NCBI GenBank assembly: GCA_002189035.1
Contig: NEEC01000021.1
Location: forward strand, 1,364,001-1,428,000
Source: Utricularia gibba
Lineage: Eukaryota; Plantae; Magnoliophyta
Reading direction: 5' to 3'
Length of the DNA stretch: 64,000 bases
Below the pieces are notes generated by a model. The model saw only the letters and a program-made list of their open reading frames with translations. It did no database searches and had not been told where the DNA came from. Position 1 is the first letter of the stretch, and each line of letters begins with the position of its first letter. Positions 1 to 11,164 of this stretch are shown piece by piece. The position numbers and the translations under genes are program-made.

Positions 1-83
1 TGTCCGGAATGATGTCCAACTTTCATGCTCCCTGGTTAGCAGCTGTCTAACTAGCAGTCGAATGAATTGGAGAGGGCATTGCG

Positions 84-2250
84 TTAAATACCAACTTCAG
101 GATTTGCAGCTTGAAATGATGCTGAGGAATGAGACATCAGTATTGTTTTTAAAAGCAGTCATTGGGCAAGTATCAATGAAAAGAAATGGGATTCGAACCT
201 TTCCAAGCATCAAAGTTTTTCTGGTTGACAGGGGAACCAGTTGAATTTTGAATTGCTTCAAAGAGCTTTTCTGCTGGAGTGTTCTTCAGTTCTTGAACAA
301 CAGCGTAGATGGTCTTTCCGTTTTCAAAGTAAATATGGTTGTTTGGATGTTTGGTTTTGCAACCAGCATGACACTCAAACTCGTAGGCATTCACAACCTG
401 GAAAAACAGGGGTCAGTGTGAAAAGAAAAGAAAAAGCAGCACAAGAATACAAGATCACGGAAGCTCACACGGGATACTGAGCATTTGACCTTGGAAATCT
501 TGCATTCCTCGCAGCTACAAAGATAACCAGTCCCTTTAATGACTCCACGCAGATTTTTCTGCAACGGTTAACCGAATGTCTTAACCTTCAGGGAGAATAA
601 AGAAGGGAAATATAAAGGGTGTGGCTTTACTTTACCTCCCTCGACCAAGAAACGTATTTTACAGGAACACCATCCAGGATGCCAGTGGATAATAAGCTCT
701 TTACGTTTGTAGGAAAGGCACTGGATGACCCTTTTTTGGATCTCACATCCTTATTCATTTGAGCCCCATCGGTTGCTGTCGTTGCTGCAGTCACTGCTAG
801 CTGCTCTAAAGAATCTTTCCATCTCAATAAGCATCCAGATGGATGAATAGATGGTACCCCATCAGTTCTCAAGAATCTGTCTGAGTATTTTGCCTCGTCA
901 ATTTTACAAGGGAAACCTCCATAGGATGTTTCCTGAGGCTTATCAAAAGTTTCCAAACTTGATGCATTTGTATCCTGCTTGTAAAGACCACCTACTGAAG
1001 CAATGATTGCATTATTCGGATTCCGAAGAGTACCATCAATGGCATTTCCCTTGGTATAATTCAAAAGACTGGACATGAAAGTTTCGTTTATTTTGCTGAA
1101 GACAGGATCCACACAGAAAAAATTCTCAGAAGCAGTTACCCGTGACATGTAATCCTTGTCATATTGCTCAACTAAGGAATTTGAATTGCCAGATCCGCTA
1201 TTCGAGGTTTGCACAATGGACAGGGCATCCTTGTCTACATCACTATAATATTGATTTGCAAACATGAAGTTTTCATATCTGTTGCCTGAACAGTGCTCAA
1301 ACGGGATAAAACTTTTATCATCTACCTTGCCGAATGTAGGATCCACAAAATCAGCACTATGAGCAGAGTTGTAAATAGATCTTCCATGCAAGTTATTAGT
1401 GCCACATTGTAAAGCAGAACCGATTAATTCTTCTCCAAGGTATAAAGAACTCCTGGGAAAATGAGGCAAGCAGTTTTCAGAGATACTCAACTCATCAGGC
1501 TGCACTTTCCCAAGACCAGCATTAAGAAATGAAGGATCTTTCTCCTCGGGCAACTGCATTGGAAAATCATCTGGCAAAATACTGCTGAACTGGTTCTGTA
1601 GACACTTATTTTTCATATCTACAGTTGCAGACCGAATGGATGCTTCACCCTTGTCAAGAACATCAAAATGGTGGTTGAGACCACGGACATTTCTTTCACT
1701 GGCATAATGAGAACTGAAAGCATCAGGCCATAAGGGAGTAGTTATCATTACAGGGCCAGCAGCACCATTCACAATATCAACTGCTTGCTTCTTGTTAAAC
1801 AGTAAATTTTGCTCGGTGGTATCCATCAGCCACTGATGCCCACGTTTCAGTTCAGTTCTTGCTAAAGCATCGAGGCTAAACTCTTCATTGGCCAAAGAAC
1901 CAGATCCATCAGGAAACCACATGTTCTTTGGAAAAGACTGCATGAAGCAAATACTTCACAAAATGGTAGCTATAAAAGATCACAGCATGTACATAAGCAT
2001 CATAAAAATGCACAAGGAAGAAGGATAACACAAACATAATCTTATGCTTCAGTGCATGATGCGAAGTGGAGTCTTTTTCCGCACTGACTACAAATCTATC
2101 TAATTCTTTTGAGCTGTTTAAAGAATACATGCACGAAGCTAAATCCAGTAAAATGTTTCAAGGACCATTCTTGAACTACCAATAACTGTCTTTACAAAAA
2201 CTTGCGACAAGAAAAGAACTTGATCGAAATTACGGCGAAACTCTCACCAT
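84..2250 (-). CDS. Tify-domain-binding (Jas/TDBD) domain protein of unknown function; 5 coding exons (2250-2248 ATG only, 1937-636, 558-490, 397-199, 121-84)
   Basis: The spliced translation gives the motif SLLSTGILDGVPVKYVSWSRE-KNLRGVIKGTGYLCSCEEC...VVNAYEFECHAGCKTKHPNNHIYFENGKTIYAVVQEL, typical of this plant family. All junctions are GT-AG and in phase. The ORF-track ATG-CAG at 1943 is the acceptor ttgcttcatgcag. Confidence 0.85.
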
Positions 2251-2891
2251 TTTCAGAAATCTCCACCCGCTCGGCTCTTGAAAAAGAAATCAGGTAATTT
2301 ACCGTCACTCACCCCAGTTCATCTGCCCATGCAACAATACAATTCAAGTTAAAAAGTATGGATGATTAAAGCAAACCAATCACAATCTAAAATAAAAAGC
2401 TCAAAATAAGCAAAGATTTATTTTTTCGAAACAACAAAAAACTCTGCGTCACCCTCCGTAATCCAAAAACCTGAAAATCCTCCACATATACAAAAGGTGG
2501 AAAACATTTCAAGCAATCGGAACCAAATTCCGCACATGCACGCAACCAAAAGAACACAAAGTGCCAAAACCAGTAAATAAGTATTAGAAAAAAAACACAA
2601 TCCGCAGACAGCCAGAGCAACGCAAAACGAAAGCGGAAATTAGTACACACGCTCGTAAAATAGAGGAACTAGCAGAAACACATTTTCGGCGATAAAACGG
2701 ACACGGCGAGGCGGGGTTCCGACACGGCGGAGAAAATAAAACAAGAGGCTTACGTTTTCCAAGCTCCAAAAGAAGAGAGAAGATGTCAGTCAATTACTAC
2801 AAGCACGCGGAAAATCAGAGAGGTTTTTAAACTGGAGACGATGGTGTAAGGTGCGGCGCGGGTACAGGTAACATCAACCTGCTTTTTCGTC

Positions 2892-2949
2892 CACGTGGCA
2901 GCACGGAGAGATTGGACGGTCGGAGATCTTCTACGAGAATCCGACCGTC
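2892..2949. promoter_or_regulatory. G-box (CACGTG, 2892-2897) plus a 10-bp inverted repeat GACGGTCGGA (2915-2924) / TCCGACCGTC (2940-2949) upstream of the Tify-domain gene
   Basis: Motifs read directly from the sequence; function is inferred from position only. Confidence 0.4.
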
Positions 2950-3628
2950 TATTTTTTGAAAATTTAATTAACGAGCGGGGATAAATTATTTAATATCCAT
3001 TATAATTGAAAAAAAAAACATATCAATGAATTTAATATTTTCTTTGTCAATTATTCCAAATGCTATATAAAGATATAATAAAACCAATTTACGTGACCTG
3101 TTTAAAGCACTCGATTTTTCAGTAAGTTTTCAAATCACTAAAATTTGTGTTTGTATATATTTCGACTACGATCATTCACTATATATGTACATCAATACTA
3201 ATATTTTATTTTATTCATCATTTCAATTGATTCAATCTTAATTTTTTGGAATATAACCCAACTTTTATAATGAAAGGTTTATTAGAACAAAAATAATCTC
3301 ACATCAATAATTGAAAATAAAATAATCAATTGTATAATAAATTATACATTATTAATAATTGATTAAATTTAATTTTTTTTTATATAATATATATTTATTA
3401 CGTATTTGGATTTCATGTATATTGGCAACTACATCATTCAATTTTTAATTTCAACAGTATTCTCATCTAAATTAATTCGATCATGATTTCTTAAACGTGA
3501 TTAACCTAAATCCTAATGCATTCATAGTGTACTCGGTTATTTGGCGTCTAAAAGGGAACATTATTTGGAATGGGAATCTAGGATGAAGGGACTACAGGGA
3601 CGACATACGATCGGAAAGGGAGCTGAAG

Positions 3629-5842
3629 CTAATCTAACGTTGCAACGAAGTGGCTCCTGACGAGATGCTTTGCTGATTTCCAGGTAATGTAGCCTTGGGG
3701 AGGCGGGCCATGGCTCCAGTCACTCCCCGTGACGGTAAACGTGGCTTCATACTTCAGTTTCTGGTTCTTGGCAGAGAAGACAAGCCTCGGTGGAGTTACA
3801 GTGACTTGAATTCCCTCCGGTGCAAAGATCTCTGAGGAGTAGACTTCGTCGAGGTCACCGACATTGGTCACTGTTCTTGTCAGTCTCTGATTCGCTTCTC
3901 CGATTCTCACTGCGAATGATGGGTAGTTCAGCTGCCCAGCCCCGGTTTCCGATGAGCACCTTGATGTCTGTGAGGTGATGATGCTGATTTGGTGGCTTGT
4001 GTAGTTCAGGCTGCAGAGATATTGGATGTAGTCTTCTGGTTGTAGGTCGTAAATGAGCCCCGGATCGGCGGCAGAGGCGGGGTTCACGTGGCCTGATCCG
4101 GTGGAGAAGATGTCGGCAGGGTGGCGGTGTTCGTCGAGAATCGGGTGGTTTCCGTTGGTGGTTATGTAGGCGGTGGTCATCATTGCTGATTTGATAGCGG
4201 CGGGCGACCAATTCGGGTGTAGGTTTTTTATCAGTGCGGCGACTCCAGCCAAGTGTGCGCTGGAAACGGATGTGCCAGAGATAATGTTGAAGTCGCCGGA
4301 GTTACTCCATGCTCCGAGGATATCAACGCCAGGGCCGATGATGTCGGGCTTTGGAATTCCACGGACCACATACCCGGGTCCCCTAGAGGAGAACGGCGCA
4401 ACCATCGGAGCTTCCTTTTCACCGATTACCGTTCCCTGAAACATAATCGCCGCCGTCGGAGTTTTCGAGTTCGGAGTCGAATTGATGTACTGGATAACCC
4501 TCTCCCCGGCTTCGTAATCAACGTTGGTCGCGGGAAGGACGTGGGCAGTAGCCGAAGTGGTGAACCCCTGAAATTCCATGTTTTTTAAAATCATCCCGGC
4601 GGCGCCGGCTTCTTTCACGATGCGGCCCTGCTCGATTTGGGAGGTTCTGCTGTCGGTAGAGCAGAGAACTATCTTCCCTTTAACTTTGGTGTTGAAAAGC
4701 GATTCCTTTGAACAGTAGAGAGCAGCGTGATTACTCACATTCGCTCCCGGAAAAACCAGAGGAAGCTGCGCCGCCCGCCAATTTAACGGCTGAAACGCCG
4801 ATTCGCCGCTTATTTGAACTCTGTTCCCAAGCACCGCCGTCGCTTTAATTCTTCTGTCGATTGTGCTTGCGCCGGCGGTAAGAATCCATGGCGCTTCGTT
4901 CGAAAGAGTTGCCGGGGAGGGGCCATTGTTCCCGGCGGAGCAACTAACAAAAATCCCCTTCTGCATAGCCTTATAAGCTCCGATCGCAATATTATCATCG
5001 TGAAAGCCTCTTGGAAATCCTCCAAATGAAATGGAGATCACATCCACGCCGTCTTCAATGGCGGCGTCCATGGCGGCCAAGACATCGCTCTCTAAGCAGT
5101 CGTCGGAGCAAGTTCTGTAGACAGCTATGTGCGCCATCGGAGCTATCCCCACCGCCGTGCCTCTGGCGCTACCCAAAACATTCGCCCCTGTAACGAACCT
5201 GCCAGCGACCGTACTCGCAGCGTGAGTGCCGTGCCCATTGCTATCAATCGGCCCGTTATCGTCGAACACGAAGCTCCGCGCACCAATCAGCTTGTTGTTA
5301 CACGCCCTCGGTTTGAATTCGCAGGTTCCTTTCCATTTTGACGGCGGCGGAGGCATCCCTCTGCCGCTAAAAGAAGGATGATCGGGAAATACTCCGGTGT
5401 CCAAAACCGCAACCACCACACCCCTCCCATATCCCGATTCCTTCCAAACTCCATAGTTCTGATGCAAACCAAGGAACCCAGGTGAACGAGTCGTGTGCAG
5501 AGGCAGAACCCTCTCCACAGAAGCCGAAACGAACCCTTTCCTCTGCCGCAAAATCTCCAATTCTCCGGCTGATAGCTCCGCCGCGAACCCGGCAAACACA
5601 TTCTTGTAAGAATGCACTATCCTCGGTTTTCCTTCTGTGACCCCCATCGTCTCCGGCAAGAAGGAGCTGTACCAGGCTTCCAAATCCCCCGCATCCACCA
5701 CATTCTCCGGCTCCGCAACATGAACAATGTACGTCTCCCGGCGCACCGATCCGTGTCCCCGTGTCCACAAACTCGACGAACAAACCGCCAATACAGCGAT
5801 CAACGCTTGGTACATTGTGAAGATGGACATCCCTGCCTTCAT
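3629..5842 (-). CDS. Subtilisin-like serine protease (S8A, SBT1-type), intronless, 737 aa: signal peptide, I9 prodomain, catalytic domain with PA insert, Fn3-like C-terminus
   Basis: Catalytic motifs VAVLDTG (Asp), GHGTHAAST (His), SAGNNG (oxyanion Asn) and ISGTSVS (Ser); prodomain YIVHV...HSYKNVFAGFAAEL; LNYPSF. Confidence 0.95.
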   Translation of the reverse strand: MKAGMSIFTMYQALIAVLAVCSSSLWTRGHGSVRRETYIVHVAEPENVVDAGDLEAWYSSFLPETMGVTEGKPRIVHSYKNVFAGFAAELSAGELEILRQRKGFVSASVERVLPLHTTRSPGFLGLHQNYGVWKESGYGRGVVVAVLDTGVFPDHPSFSGRGMPPPPSKWKGTCEFKPRACNNKLIGARSFVFDDNGPIDSNGHGTHAASTVAGRFVTGANVLGSARGTAVGIAPMAHIAVYRTCSDDCLESDVLAAMDAAIEDGVDVISISFGGFPRGFHDDNIAIGAYKAMQKGIFVSCSAGNNGPSPATLSNEAPWILTAGASTIDRRIKATAVLGNRVQISGESAFQPLNWRAAQLPLVFPGANVSNHAALYCSKESLFNTKVKGKIVLCSTDSRTSQIEQGRIVKEAGAAGMILKNMEFQGFTTSATAHVLPATNVDYEAGERVIQYINSTPNSKTPTAAIMFQGTVIGEKEAPMVAPFSSRGPGYVVRGIPKPDIIGPGVDILGAWSNSGDFNIISGTSVSSAHLAGVAALIKNLHPNWSPAAIKSAMMTTAYITTNGNHPILDEHRHPADIFSTGSGHVNPASAADPGLIYDLQPEDYIQYLCSLNYTSHQISIITSQTSRCSSETGAGQLNYPSFAVRIGEANQRLTRTVTNVGDLDEVYSSEIFAPEGIQVTVTPPRLVFSAKNQKLKYEATFTVTGSDWSHGPPPQGYITWKSAKHLVRSHFVATLD

Positions 5843-5850
5843 TCACATCA

Positions 5851-5865
5851 ATATATATATATATA
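5851..5865. repeat. (AT)7 microsatellite followed by CA-like repeats, just upstream of the subtilase start codon
   Basis: Sequence atatatatatatata, then catacacacata. Confidence 0.85.
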
Positions 5866-8270
5866 CATACACACATAATTTATTTTTTATAATCATTAAT
5901 TTGTTTTTAAAAAATAAAATATCTAAAAATATCTAATAATAATCCTAATCATGTAAGATGATTTTTCTTAAAAAGGGAAAAATGTAAAACGGTAAAGATT
6001 AAATATGCATACATAAATTAAAATAAAATTTATCTTGAAAATTAACAATTAATCCCATTCAATAATACCACAAATTCAAATTTCATGAATATTTCATCAT
6101 ATTTTTTTGTGTTCATTTACAGTTTGATCCAATAATTATTAATTTATTTTTATCAATTAAAATAATATATTTTTAAAACCAATATAGCATCAATGTTTTA
6201 ATAATTAATATGATCATTCCACTTATGATTATTCTCTCTCTTCACATTAACTCATACCATAAAAACACATTATTATTACCATATATTTGACTATTAAAAA
6301 AATATGCAATTATGTTATTATTTCTTTTTTATTAATAAATATATTTTTTATTTTTTAATGAAAAAAATTTAAAAAGATTGAGTTTTAATTACAAAGTTTA
6401 AATGAAAATTTACCATAAAATTTCATGTTGAAGTTTTTCTCATTTAGGTATAAAGTTTGATGAACCCAAATCCCTTATTATTATTCTATCGTATTCTAAT
6501 TTTGTGATTATTTAAATTTGGCAAGTATAAGGTGAAGAGAATAAAAATTGTTAATTCTGTTTACAATGATATATATTAATAATGACGCCAGAGTCAAAAT
6601 CAATTAACTTTAGTAATATAAAAATTTAAATATGTAATTTCATTAATTGAAAAATAAACTATTTAAAAAAAACAAGTTAATGAATATATAATGTAATTTT
6701 GAAATTTAAATGTTAAATTTTGTATACTTACTACAAATTGGGGTACTTTCATCAGACTTTACCCCAAAATTATATTTATAACTATTTTGATTTTAATATT
6801 ATGAAATAAGCACGTTATCATAGTATCTTTTCAAATGCTCTCAAAAATCTCTAGATCTTTACATTCGACCCTATTTGCATACATCATAGGTTATAGGAAA
6901 TTTAACTCACCCGAGATTGATGGATATTGCTTATGATAAGTCATGGACATCAAAATGTGTAAAACATCTTCAATTTCTTTCGTGGCCCCCAAGCCCGTAC
7001 GAAAATATGTATATTTATAAAAATATGTGATGATGTGGATTTGAAGGGAATATGGAGCGGGGCCCCGAGGGGCATTAATTAAACATTAATTTAGGGGAGT
7101 AAATTATTATTGAGTAGGGCCAATAATGGCGTGGTCTTGGTCGCGGTAGGTATTTGTCTGCGGCATTATGTTCATTACAAGGCGTCACGCTGGCTGCCAG
7201 TGCCCGACTTCCCTTGTGGTTAAAGCCGAATGTGGGGGAGTACGGCTCCCCGTGTCCAATTCAAACCGCATTCACTGGAACGTTGACACGGGGACGCGCC
7301 ATCATTCCATATACCCATTTTCATCCTCACCTGTCAACTCCTACTGGATAAAGTCTGCGCTAGGTCGTGATTCACGTCTTTTTTTGTTCATTTTTATCAA
7401 GTTTAAGTCTCATTTTTATTATTATTTTAATAATGCACGGTATATTATATACGATATGTGAGCTTTGATATGAAAGTATATATTTTATATTAAACATAAG
7501 GATTAGATGGATAGAATGAGCACAGTTAAGATTCATGTATACAAAAAATATGAATCATATTAAAAAAAATTATATACAATCGATTATTAATAATTAATAA
7601 TTTATTATATATTTGATTACTTTACTTTAATTTTTTTATACAACTTTGTGTGTTCTAATTTATCACTAATGTTTGATTTCAAATGATTGGACCCCACTAT
7701 CGTAGGTTTTCTCCTGATGAAAAAAAAGTTTGCGTAGCTTATGTCATATGGATTGTGAGTTTCTTATGGATGAGAATAATTACATAATGGGATTGGATGT
7801 TTTTTATTAAGAAAGCATAATGCATGCAATGTAAGATGTGAACTCCTTATGGCCAAAATCATATACATTAAGAAAAATATATTTAGTACATAAATTTTAT
7901 AAGTATATTTATTATATTTTTATGCAATATTATTCGTTTTGAACATCTAATTATTATAGTTTCATGCTATTTTCTAGTATTAAAGTAATTTTTTTATTTA
8001 TTCGATAACATATGTGAAATATGTTCACTAATAGTCTCATTTTACATTTTAAAGTTATATTATATTTGATAAATAACGTTAAAATAGTTATGCAAATGTT
8101 TTATAAAACTTGTGTATACGAACGTCATTTCCAATACATACGTATTTGGATGTATAAACAAATATATCAAATCCGACACTAGACATCAAAGGAATGCATC
8201 TCAATCCAACCAACAAAAGGCCGAAACGGGAAGCAGGTTCTATGAAAAGCAGACCAGGGCTCCAGGTAAA

Positions 8271-8327
8271 TGGGCCCTTTCACGAACCACTTGGGCCCGG
8301 GCTCAGGGGGAATAGCTGGGCTGGGCC
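8271..8327 (+). promoter_or_regulatory. Cluster of site II (TGGGCY, TCP-binding) motifs upstream of the hAT-derived gene
   Basis: TGGGCC at about 8271, 8292 and 8322; this motif is common in proximal promoters of broadly expressed plant genes. Confidence 0.45.
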
Positions 8328-8803
8328 ATTTCAGTTTCTAACCATGGTTAGAACACAATCAACCATGGTTAATACAACGTTTTATTTTCTAATTTTTTAA
8401 AAAAATTAAAATTAAAAAACTAGTTTTAAATATAATAATTGCGACAAAGGAGTTGCAATTTGTTGGAGATGATTTAAGAAGCTTCTATTGAATTCATCAA
8501 TGGCAAAGGCGCGTGTTGTTGTAAGAGAACAAGAATAGTGTTCTGTTAGAAGAGGAACCAGCCTGTTAGTTCTTCAAAGGACAGGGCAGGGCACACACCA
8601 TCTCTCCTTCCATTTCTTTCTGCTTCTTCTCTCCTCCTCCACCACTAGAAGCCACTCACATTCTTTTTTCTCGCCGGTGCTCTTCCTCCGGTCGGCAGTT
8701 GGCTCCTCCCACGGCGGGACGCAGCTGAGGTGTCCTGAAACAGCGGAATTGTGCTCAAGTAGTGGTTTTGATTTCTGGGTCTGTGTGTGTTTTTTTAACT
8801 GCA

Positions 8804-11164
8804 ATGGCTACTACGCCGGTGGCGGAGTCCGCCGCCGTGTCGGAGGAGGAGGTGGAGGCGAAGGCTGTGAGGAAGAGATACGAGGGATTAGTGATGGTAC
8901 GGACGAAGGCAATTAAGGGGAAAGGAGCATGGTATTGGGCCCACCTGGAGCCAATGCTGGTGAACAATTCCGATACCGGATTGCCTAAAGCGGTGAAACT
9001 CCGGTGTTCTTTATGCGACGCCGTGTTCTCGGCATCGAATCCGTCGCGAACTGCTTCGGAGCATCTCAAACGTGGCACCTGCGCCAATTTCTCCTCTTCT
9101 CCAAAGCCGATTTCCTCCGTCCCACCGGCGGTTGCCGTCGGTGTTTCCTCTCCTAAGAGCCACAACCACCGGAAACGCGCTTTGATCTCCAGCGCCAGCC
9201 GCGGCGGGGAAACCACTAGTGTCGGTGGCAGTGGGAGAGACAACTCCGGTGGCATTGTCGCTAACTTTCTAACCCACCAATCCGCACATCCCATGGCCAT
9301 CGTAGACCCATCTCGATTCACCGTTGATTTAGCTTACGCGTCCCCTGCCTCAATCGCCACTAACACCGCCGTTTTAGCTTCTTCCAGCTCAAGCCCCGCC
9401 GGCGCCGGCGGATTCTTCGGCCAACACCAACCTCACAATCTAGTTTTATCAGGCGGAAAAGAGGATTTGGGTCCTTTAGCCAAGCTAGAGGACAGCGTGA
9501 AACGCTTAAAAAGCCCCAAAACTTCACCGGGACAAACGTTAACCAAAGCCCAGATAGAAACTGCTCTCGATCTTCTCGCCGACTGGGTCTTCGAATGCTG
9601 CGGCTCCGTTTCTTTCTCAAGCCTCGAGCATCTCAAGTTCAAAGCTTTTCTCAATCAAGTAGGTTTACCGGCGGTTTCAAGCCGGGAATTCGCTGGTCCG
9701 AGATTGAACGCCAAGTACAGTGAAGCCAAAGCAGAGTGTGAGGCTAAAATACGCGATGCAATGTTCTTCCAGATTTCATCCGACGGCTGGAAATCCAATC
9801 ATCCAACGGACGAGAATCTAGTCCATTTATCACTGAATCTCCCCAATGGTGCCTGTGTTTTCAGAAGGGCCGTTTTCAGCAGCGGCTACGTTCCTTCGAG
9901 GTACGCTGAGGAGGTTCTATGGGAGACGATTACAGAGGTTTGTGGGAGCTCCGTTCATCAGTGCGCAGGGATAGTTTCAGACAAGTTCAAGGGCAAAGCA
10001 CTCAAGAACTTGGAGAATCAACACGGTTGGATGATCAATCTGTGTTGTCAGTATCAGGGTTTCATCAGCTTGATCAAGGATTTTTCCAAGGAGCTGCCTT
10101 TATTCAAGAATGTGGCAGAGAACTGCTCGAAGCTCGCTTGTTTTGTCAACACCAGATCCCGTATTCGTCACACTTTTTGTAGATATCAGCTGCAGGAATA
10201 TGGGCGTGCGAGTTTGTTCAGACCGCCTTCGAGAGACTACGCCATTGTTGAAGACGTTCTGAGCTCTGCCAGAGCGCTACAGTTGGTTCTTCTGGATGAA
10301 TCATTCAAGGCCATACTGATGGAAGACTCAGCAGCCAGGGAAATCGAAGAGATGATGAGGAGTCCTCATTTCTGGAATGAAATGGAAGCGGTGCATTCCC
10401 TCGTCAAACTGATCAAAACAATGGCCCAAGAAATCGAAACGGAGAAGCCCCGGATCGGGCAATGTCTTCCCATGTGGGATGAACTCAGAGCTAAGGTTAG
10501 AGATTGGTGTTCCAAGTTCAACATCGTCGGCGCCCCTGTTGAGAAGGTGCTCGACAAAAGGTTCAAGAGAAACTATCATCCCGCCTGGGCCGCCGCCTTC
10601 ATCCTCGATCCTCTGTATCTCGTTCGCGACACGAGTGGTAAGTATCTGCCGCCATTCAAATGCCTGACCCCGGAGCAAGAGAAAGATGTCGACAAGCTGA
10701 TCACACGCATGGTTTCCAGAGACGAAGCTCACATTGCTCTGATGGAGCTCATGAAATGGAGAACGGAGGGGCTTGATCCTGTATACGCTCAAGCTGTACA
10801 GTTGAAACAGAGGGATCCCAGTACAGGGAAGATGAAGATTGCGAACCCGCAGAGCAGTAGACTCGTTTGGGAAACTCACTTGAGTGATTTCTCATCATTA
10901 GGAAGAGTAGCAGTTAGGCTCATTTTTCTTCAAGCCACATCTTCAGGCTTTAAATGCAGTTCATCTTTATTGAGATGGGTGAACAGTCATTCCAAGAGCA
11001 GAATCGGGATGGAGAAGGCACAGAAGCTCATCTTCATTTCTGCACATTCCAAATTTGAGCGAAGAACCGATGATGAACAAGACAAGGAGTCTGAAATATT
11101 AGCTCTGGCTAATGGGGAAGATGATGTTCTAAATGAGGCCTCTGTTGACACCTCCTCTGTGTAA
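8804..11164 (+). CDS. Domesticated hAT-transposase-derived protein (BED-type zinc finger plus DUF659/RNase H-like core), single coding exon, about 786 aa
   Basis: GAWYWAHLE...LRCSLCDAVFSASNPSRTASEHLKRGTC (BED finger), ISSDGW, and YHPAWAAAFILDP (hAT core). It resembles the conserved Arabidopsis AT1G12380/AT1G62870 type (from memory). The ATG at 8804 (MATTPV) is more likely than the ORF-track start at 8762. Confidence 0.88.
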   Translation: MATTPVAESAAVSEEEVEAKAVRKRYEGLVMVRTKAIKGKGAWYWAHLEPMLVNNSDTGLPKAVKLRCSLCDAVFSASNPSRTASEHLKRGTCANFSSSPKPISSVPPAVAVGVSSPKSHNHRKRALISSASRGGETTSVGGSGRDNSGGIVANFLTHQSAHPMAIVDPSRFTVDLAYASPASIATNTAVLASSSSSPAGAGGFFGQHQPHNLVLSGGKEDLGPLAKLEDSVKRLKSPKTSPGQTLTKAQIETALDLLADWVFECCGSVSFSSLEHLKFKAFLNQVGLPAVSSREFAGPRLNAKYSEAKAECEAKIRDAMFFQISSDGWKSNHPTDENLVHLSLNLPNGACVFRRAVFSSGYVPSRYAEEVLWETITEVCGSSVHQCAGIVSDKFKGKALKNLENQHGWMINLCCQYQGFISLIKDFSKELPLFKNVAENCSKLACFVNTRSRIRHTFCRYQLQEYGRASLFRPPSRDYAIVEDVLSSARALQLVLLDESFKAILMEDSAAREIEEMMRSPHFWNEMEAVHSLVKLIKTMAQEIETEKPRIGQCLPMWDELRAKVRDWCSKFNIVGAPVEKVLDKRFKRNYHPAWAAAFILDPLYLVRDTSGKYLPPFKCLTPEQEKDVDKLITRMVSRDEAHIALMELMKWRTEGLDPVYAQAVQLKQRDPSTGKMKIANPQSSRLVWETHLSDFSSLGRVAVRLIFLQATSSGFKCSSSLLRWVNSHSKSRIGMEKAQKLIFISAHSKFERRTDDEQDKESEILALANGEDDVLNEASVDTSSV

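Noticed and set aside
3855-5876. Many overlapping or antisense ORFs inside the subtilase, and likewise inside the hAT gene, TIP3 and GulLO (e.g. 10328-10879, 58134-58694, 60243-60713)
   Set aside because: These are shadow ORFs of GC-rich coding sequence with no recognisable protein features.
8762-8803. ORF-track N-terminal extensions with GTG/TTG or upstream starts (8762, 19094, 25408, 33508, 56229, 58213)
   Set aside because: Eukaryotic genes here are better explained by downstream ATGs that match the family N-termini.
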